Source: a bacterium (GTDB lineage: Bacteria; Orphanbacterota; Orphanbacteria; JBJXGV01). From it: 64,000 bases of DNA. This document shows positions 58,792 to 64,000 of the stretch, in pieces. The stretch lies in the NCBI GenBank assembly GCA_046160485.1, contig JBJXGV010000073.1, forward strand, positions 12,076 through 76,075, given 5' to 3'. Below the pieces are notes generated by a model, which saw nothing but the letters and a program-made list of their open reading frames with translations, had not been told where the DNA came from and searched no databases. Position numbers and translations under genes: made by a program. The first letter of the stretch is position 1; every line of letters begins with the position of its first letter.

Positions 58792-61305
58792 GTGGCGACG
58801 CGACGCACGGCACCGCGTGCAAAACCCGCGGCCAAACCGCGCGCTGCGCGTTCGACGGCGCGAGCCAAACCGCGCGCGGCGCGCTCCGCCGATCCGCTCG
58901 CCGTTCTGCAAGTAATCGACCGCCTCGATGTCGGGCCCGTGCGCGTCGAACGCACGCGCCTGATCGCGCCGTACACGGTGACGCGGCGCGGCGCGAGCGA
59001 ATCCTTCGATCTGATCTACCGGTTCGGCGAAGACGTTTTCGAGCCGCACGACGCGGCGTCTCGGAATCTCGCATCGATGATCGCCGCTCAGGTCGCTATC
59101 AACTACGGGCTCTTCTGCGGCGAGATTGCGTTCCGCGGGCCGTTCGACGAAAGCGATCAGCGCTTCATCGAGGAGATGGTCGAGAACACCGCGCGCGAAA
59201 TCTTCGTGAAGAGGTTCCTCGAGCCGAATCTGTTTCTCGTGGGGCCGGCGTCGCTCTTGCCGCCCGTGAAGCGCGAGTCGTATACGCGCGCGAAACTGCT
59301 CTTCGATGCCGGCGCCGCGGAGCCGCGCGCGGAGGTTGCCGGCGCCGACGGACGCGGCGCGCGTTGGCGTGTCGATCCCGCGCGCCACGCGGTTCTCTCG
59401 AGCGGCGGGAAGGACAGCCTCCTCACGTACGGCCTCCTCCGCGAGATCGGGCGTGAGTCGCATCCAATCTTCATCAACGAGTCGGGGCGCCACTGGTTCA
59501 CTGCGCTCAACGCGTACCGGCACCTCGTCGCGGTCGAGCCGAAGACGGCGCGCGTTTGGACGAACGCCGACCGGCTCTTCACGTGGATGAAGCGCCATCT
59601 TCCGTTTGTCCGCGCCGATTTCGATCGCGTGCGCGCCGACTACTACCCGATTCGCCTCTGGACTGTCGCGGTCTTCCTCTTCGGATCACTTCCGCTTCTG
59701 CGCAAGCGCGGTATCGGCCGCCTCGTGATCGGCAACGAGTTCGACACGACGCGGCGCCTCACGTTCGAAGAGATCACGCACTACGACGGTCTCTACGACC
59801 AGAGCCGTTACTTCGACAACGCGCTGACGCGATACTTCGCGCGAAAGGCTTGGGGCGTCGCGCAGTTCTCGATTCTGCGCCCTCTCTCTGAGCTGTTGAT
59901 CCAGAAGATGCTCGTTCAACGCTATCCCGATCTTCAGCGCGACCAAGTGTCGTGCCATATGACGCACAAGGACGGCGATCGCGTGTTGCCGTGCGGCGCG
60001 TGCGAAAAGTGTCGGCGCATCGTGAGCATGCTCGTTGCGTTCGGCGGCGACCCGTCGGCGTGCGGCTACGCGTCCGACCAGATCGCGCAGTCGATCGCTG
60101 CGTTCGCCGAGAAGGGATCGCACACAGAGACTCCGGGCGCACAGCACGTCGCGTTTCTCTTGCGGGAGAAGGGGCTCTTTCCGACGGTCGCGGCCGGCGC
60201 GGGCGCGGTGAGCGCGCGCGAGCGGCCCGAGATCGCGAAGCTGCGATTCGATCCCGAGCGATCGCCGTCGCATGGCATGCCCAACGATCTGCGCGAGCCG
60301 CTCTACCGCATCTACCTCGAGCACTGCGACGGCGCCGTCAAGAAGAGCGGGCGCGTTTGGATTCCGTGCGACCCGCTGCGCGACGAGACGTTTTCGGGGC
60401 CGTATCCGTTCGAGCGTCTCGCGCGCGGGCGCGGCGCGGCTGCGAGCAGTGGCGACCCGACATCGCCCGCGACGCGCGCGCGCGCCGCGGGAGCGCATCC
60501 TCCAGCGACTGCCGAGAGGGGCGCGCGCGACTACCTCCTCGGCGAGTTGACGTGGCCGGAGGCTCGCGCGCGCCTCAAGGAAATGGACGTCGCGCTTCTT
60601 CCCGTCGGCGCTATCGAGCAGCACGGGCCGCACCTGCCGCTCGACACGGACGCATTCGACGCCGAGTATCTCGCGCACCAAGTCGCATCGACATGCACCG
60701 ATCCGAAGCCGCTCGTGCTGCCGCTCATTCCATACGGCGTCTCGTACCACCACGACGACTTCAGCGGAACGATTAGCGTCAGCAACGAAGCGCTCTCACG
60801 CATCGTCTACGAGATCGGCATCAGCGCGGCGCGCAACGGGATCACGAAACTCGTCATCATCAACGGCCACGGCGGCAACGCGCCGACGCTCCAGTTCGCG
60901 GCGCAAATGATCAATCGCGACACGAGCATCTTCACATGCGTCGACACCGGCGAGACGAGCGACGCGGACATCTCCGAGATCGTCGAGACGCCGAACGACG
61001 TTCACGCGGGCGAGGTCGAGACGAGTACATCGCTCGCGAATCGCCCCGGTCTGGTCAAGTTCGACAAGGCACGCAAACTCGTCCCGCGATTCTCGAGCCG
61101 CTTCCTCGATTTCTCCTCGAAGCGGAGCGTCGAGTGGTACGCGCGGACCTCGCGCATCTCGCCGACGGGCGTGCTCGGCGATCCGACGAAGGCGTCGCGC
61201 GAAAAAGGCGAGCGCATCTGGGAGCTCATGGTTCAGCGCCTCGTCGAGTTCGTCGAGCACCTCAAGACGCTGTCGCTCGATGAGATCTACCAGCGGAAAT
61301 ACTAG
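58792..61305 (+). CDS. Fusion protein: N-terminal PP-loop ATP pyrophosphatase (QueC-like, with Cys-cluster) joined to a C-terminal creatininase-family amidohydrolase
   Basis: The PP-loop reads HAVLSSGGKDSLLTYGLL and the zinc-ribbon-like cluster reads CHMTHKDGDRVLPCGACEKCRR. The C-terminal 270 aa carry the creatininase-family metal-binding motifs GAIEQHGPHLPLDTD, IINGHGGN and HAGEVETS. The probable GTG start lies just after the DUF1611 stop. The tracked ORF start at 58684 overlaps the previous gene. Confidence 0.6.
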   Translation: MATRRTAPRAKPAAKPRAARSTARAKPRAARSADPLAVLQVIDRLDVGPVRVERTRLIAPYTVTRRGASESFDLIYRFGEDVFEPHDAASRNLASMIAAQVAINYGLFCGEIAFRGPFDESDQRFIEEMVENTAREIFVKRFLEPNLFLVGPASLLPPVKRESYTRAKLLFDAGAAEPRAEVAGADGRGARWRVDPARHAVLSSGGKDSLLTYGLLREIGRESHPIFINESGRHWFTALNAYRHLVAVEPKTARVWTNADRLFTWMKRHLPFVRADFDRVRADYYPIRLWTVAVFLFGSLPLLRKRGIGRLVIGNEFDTTRRLTFEEITHYDGLYDQSRYFDNALTRYFARKAWGVAQFSILRPLSELLIQKMLVQRYPDLQRDQVSCHMTHKDGDRVLPCGACEKCRRIVSMLVAFGGDPSACGYASDQIAQSIAAFAEKGSHTETPGAQHVAFLLREKGLFPTVAAGAGAVSARERPEIAKLRFDPERSPSHGMPNDLREPLYRIYLEHCDGAVKKSGRVWIPCDPLRDETFSGPYPFERLARGRGAAASSGDPTSPATRARAAGAHPPATAERGARDYLLGELTWPEARARLKEMDVALLPVGAIEQHGPHLPLDTDAFDAEYLAHQVASTCTDPKPLVLPLIPYGVSYHHDDFSGTISVSNEALSRIVYEIGISAARNGITKLVIINGHGGNAPTLQFAAQMINRDTSIFTCVDTGETSDADISEIVETPNDVHAGEVETSTSLANRPGLVKFDKARKLVPRFSSRFLDFSSKRSVEWYARTSRISPTGVLGDPTKASREKGERIWELMVQRLVEFVEHLKTLSLDEIYQRKY

Positions 61306-61551
61306 TGCGGTTCGCGTGAGTCGCGTGTTCTTGCCGCCGTCGTTCTCACCTCTCGCGCTGTTGCGAACCATCCCGCCGCGACGCGGGGTGTCTCCCGCGG
61401 GGCCGTGTCGACGCCGCCGGGTGCCCGCCCGAAGCAGCGCTTTGCGCTGCCTGGCGGGCGGCGCCGCGACCCGGAGGGGAGGCGCGAGAGCGCCGGACCC
61501 GTCCCCGCCGGAGACACTTCGCGTCGCGGCGGCGGCCGGAGCCCCAGACCA

Positions 61552-62619
61552 GTGAAGATCACCGCGGTACACGCCTGGCCAGTAACGATGCGATTGGCGG
61601 AGCCGTATGCGATCGCGTACGAGACGGTCGAGACGACGACGAATGTATTCCTACGAATCGAGACAAACCGGAGCATCGTCGGATTCGGGTGCGCGGCGCC
61701 GGATCGCGAGATCACGGGGGAGACGCCGGAGGGCGTGCTCGCGGCGGTGCGCGACGTGATCGCGCCGGCGTTTAAGGGCGCGGATCCGTTGCGGTCGGCG
61801 CTTCTGCTGCAGCGGTTGTGGGCGCCGCTCGCCGCGCAGCCGTCTGCGATGGCCGCGGCGGACATCGCGCTCTACGACTTGCTCGGGAAAGCGGCGGGTC
61901 TGCCGCTCTGGAAAATTCTCGGCGGCTTCCGCGATCGCATGCGCACGAGCATTACCGTGGGAATCTTGCCCGTCGACGAGACGGTGCGCCGTTCACGCGC
62001 GTGGGTCGACGATGGTTTTCGATGTCTGAAGATCAAAGGCGGGCTCGACCTCGACGAAGACGTGGAGCGCGTGCTGAAGGTGCGCGCCGAAGTCGGCGAT
62101 GGGATCGAGTTGCGCTTCGACGCGAATCAGGGCTACACAGTCGAGCAGTCTCTCACGTTCGTCGAACGTGTGCGCCCGGCGCGGCTCGAGCTGATCGAAC
62201 AGCCGACGCCGAAGGGCGAGCCGGATCTCTTGGGCCGCGTGGCGAGCGGCGTGTCGATTCCCGTGATGGCCGACGAGAGCTTGATGACGCTGCGCGACGC
62301 GTACCGAATCGCGCGAAAAAACTTCGCCGACATGGTGAACGTGAAACTGATGAAGGTCGGCGGCATCTCCGAGTCGCTCAAGATCAACGCTGTTGCGCGC
62401 GCCGCGCGGCTTGAAGTGATGGTGGGCTGCATGGACGAAGCGGCGCTCGGGATCGCCGCGGGGCTCCACTTCGCGCTCGCGCGCCCGAACGTGATGTACG
62501 CCGATCTCGACGGACACATCGGCCTCGTCGGCGACCCCTCCGACGGCGCCGTCATTCTCAAGAACGGAACGCTTTTCCCCAATGACAAGCCGGGGCTCGG
62601 ATTCGATTTCCCGGAATAG
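61552..62619 (+). CDS. Enolase-superfamily dipeptide epimerase (L-Ala-D/L-Glu epimerase-like, MR/MLE subgroup)
   Basis: There is a capping domain, and the barrel carries a KIKGG-type Lys region (CLKIKGG), the metal ligand DANQGY, and a second Lys region NVKLMKVGG. A probable GTG start gives VKITAVHAWPV. Confidence 0.7.
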   Translation: MKITAVHAWPVTMRLAEPYAIAYETVETTTNVFLRIETNRSIVGFGCAAPDREITGETPEGVLAAVRDVIAPAFKGADPLRSALLLQRLWAPLAAQPSAMAAADIALYDLLGKAAGLPLWKILGGFRDRMRTSITVGILPVDETVRRSRAWVDDGFRCLKIKGGLDLDEDVERVLKVRAEVGDGIELRFDANQGYTVEQSLTFVERVRPARLELIEQPTPKGEPDLLGRVASGVSIPVMADESLMTLRDAYRIARKNFADMVNVKLMKVGGISESLKINAVARAARLEVMVGCMDEAALGIAAGLHFALARPNVMYADLDGHIGLVGDPSDGAVILKNGTLFPNDKPGLGFDFPE

Positions 62620-62659
62620 TCCGGTGTTTCCGCACCCGCAGGAGGAGGAAGTCCCGCCC

Positions 62660-63121
62660 ATGCCCGCGATCAACGTCGGCGATGCCGCTCCCGATTTCAC
62701 GCTACGGGATCATATGCGGAACGATGTGACGCTCTCTGCGTTCCGCGGCCAGAAGAAAATCGTGCTCGCGTTCTATGTGTTCGCGTTCACCGGTGGCTGA
62801 ACTCGCGAGCTGCAGGCCTACCAGCAGAACGTAAGCGCGCTGGAAGCGGCCGACACCCAGGTTCTGGGTGTGAGCATGGACAGTCCATTCGCGAACAAGG
62901 CGTTCGCCGAATCGATCGGCGTCACGTTCCCGCTCTTGAGCGATTGGGGAGGCGATGTGACGCGCGCGTACGGCGTCTACAACGAAAAAGAGAAAGCGCC
63001 GCGCCGCGTGACGTATCTCATCGACAAGACCGGCAAGGTGACGTCGATGCAAGTCGACAAGGACGCGGTGGATCCGACAGCGATCGTGACCGAGTGCACG
63101 ATCGGCGCGCCGAAGAAGTAA
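62660..63121 (+). CDS. Peroxiredoxin (Bcp/PrxQ-like) with an in-frame TGA at the peroxidatic-cysteine position, a candidate selenocysteine-containing PrxU-like protein
   Basis: A GGAGGAGGAAG RBS precedes MPAINVGDAAPDFTL...KKIVLAFYVFAFTGG-[TGA 62798..62800]-TRELQAYQQNVSALEAADTQVLGVSMDSPFANKAFAES... The two tracked ORFs 62582..62800 and 62870..63121 are in the same frame and together reconstitute a full-length Prx. Its F-T-x-x-C-T-x-E active-site motif reads F-T-G-G-U-T-R-E. Confidence 0.65.
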
Positions 63122-63126
63122 TTCAC

Positions 63127-63744
63127 TTAGCCGCGACTCTTCTTACCTTCGACGTAGTTGCCAGTGCGTCCGGCATCGGGGGAGCCGTCCGCGTTCCAGA
63201 ATTGCCAGTGGCCGGTGCGCTTGCCGTTGGCGTAGTCCCCCTCGGCTTGGAGCTGTCCATTCGAGTGCCAGTCGCGCGAGTGGCCGTGCCGCTTTCCGGC
63301 GCGGAAGATCGCTTCGCGTTCGATCTGCCCGCTCTTGAGCCAGCGCGTCCGCCGCCCTTCTTCAACGCCGTCGACGTACTCCGTCTCGGCGGCCTTCTGC
63401 CCGTTCGCGTGCCACTCAGTCCAGAGCCCAACGCGCATGCCGAGCCAGTATTCGCCCTCGCTCTTCTTCTGACCGTTGTCATACCACTCGGTCCAGATGC
63501 CGTCGGGAAGAAGCCCGATCTCTTGCGTAAGGATTTGCATGCCCGCGATTTTGAGTTGGCCGTTTGCGTGGTGCATGCGGACTTCGCGGCGCGGCGCGTT
63601 CTTGCGCTGGTTCGCGGCCGCTTCGGATTTGCCGGCGACATTTGCAGCCGTCCGCGTCTCGTCCGCGCGTGCGGTGTGCGCGACGTTCGCGGCGAGGATC
63701 GCGATGAAAGCGGCGGCGATGAAGCGCGAGTCGGCGCGCGGCAT
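63127..63744 (-). CDS. Secreted MORN-repeat / YwqK-like protein
   Basis: A signal peptide is followed by repeated W-x-E-W-x-x-NGQ-x-x-x-EG-x-Y-x-x-G motifs. Confidence 0.55.
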   Translation of the reverse strand: MPRADSRFIAAAFIAILAANVAHTARADETRTAANVAGKSEAAANQRKNAPRREVRMHHANGQLKIAGMQILTQEIGLLPDGIWTEWYDNGQKKSEGEYWLGMRVGLWTEWHANGQKAAETEYVDGVEEGRRTRWLKSGQIEREAIFRAGKRHGHSRDWHSNGQLQAEGDYANGKRTGHWQFWNADGSPDAGRTGNYVEGKKSRG

Positions 63745-63859
63745 GGCGTGAACTCCTGCCCGGGGGGACGAGTAGACGATCTATACCAAGCGCCGACGAG
63801 AGTACGCCTCGCGTGGGCGGCTCACAAGTGCACTTCCGCGTCCGCGGCGTAAAGAGCGC

Positions 63860-64000
63860 CTACGCGTCCTCTTCGTAGCTCGCGTCGACGGCCTCGGCGC
63901 GTTTGTCGCGCGCATCCACGAGGCCGAGCGCGTCGCCGTCGCCGTCGATTTCGCGCCTCCGCAGCGCATCGATCTTGTCGAGCGGGCGGTCGAGCGCGCG
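63860..64000 (-). CDS. 3' end of an unidentified minus-strand gene running off the right window edge
   Basis: The reverse-frame translation ...RALDRPLDKIDALRRREIDGDGDALGLVDARDKRAEAVDASYEEDA stops at about 63857-63859. There are too few residues to name the product. Confidence 0.25.
   Translation of the reverse strand, partial: RALDRPLDKIDALRRREIDGDGDALGLVDARDKRAEAVDASYEEDA

Noticed and set aside
1-64000. CRISPR arrays, integrases, transposases and IS inverted repeats
   Set aside because: No regularly spaced direct repeats and no recombinase-like ORFs were seen. The excisionase-type HTH at 10520..10717 has no partner integrase in the window.

Overview
This is a high-GC (about 68%) bacterial chromosomal segment with dense coding on both strands. 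No transposase, integrase or CRISPR array is present. From left to right the window contains the following. (1) The 5' end of a type-II NADH dehydrogenase gene and a DinB-family gene. (2) A complete phosphate-starvation locus: phoB-like regulator, phoR-like kinase, OprO/OprP-type phosphate porin, pstSCAB and phoU. (3) A lipoprotein, an excisionase-type HTH gene, an outer-membrane beta-barrel and an Hsp20 gene that is preceded by a sigma-54-type promoter. (4) A lipoprotein gene encoding a 5'-nucleotidase-like metallophosphatase fused to a tetraheme cytochrome c. It is interrupted by one in-frame TGA, and an fdhF-like SECIS hairpin starts 11 nt downstream, so I read it as a candidate new selenoprotein. 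A HEAT-repeat/cyclophilin fusion lies directly upstream. (5) RtcB RNA ligase with archease. (6) Reverse transsulfuration: cystathionine beta-synthase and cystathionine gamma-lyase. (7) A roughly 17 kb glycosylation-like island. It holds three very large GT-C/TPR membrane proteins (two GT39/PMT-like), a fused MFS/spermidine-synthase/TPR protein, a DegT sugar aminotransferase, rfbA and rfbC, and a TPR-GAF sigma-54 activator. Near the sigma-54 activator are a sigma-54 promoter and a consensus sigma-70 promoter driving tiny membrane and secreted proteins. (8) An orphan ParA / degenerate MinD-like / hypothetical / small-membrane-protein operon, with an intrinsic terminator in its 5' leader. (9) A LmbE-type deacetylase, an SH3-like protein and a hypothetical protein. 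(10) The conserved housekeeping array tilS-hpt-ftsH-folP-cdaA, with a tRNA(CAT) upstream. (11) A hybrid histidine kinase with a response regulator, and glycogen phosphorylase. (12) A cluster of a threonine-synthase-like PLP enzyme, a DUF1611 protein, a novel PP-loop-ATPase/creatininase-family fusion and a dipeptide epimerase. (13) A peroxiredoxin whose peroxidatic Cys codon is TGA, making it a PrxU-like selenoprotein candidate, and a MORN/YwqK-like secreted protein. Hand-counted coordinates of non-ORF features may be off by 1-2 nt.
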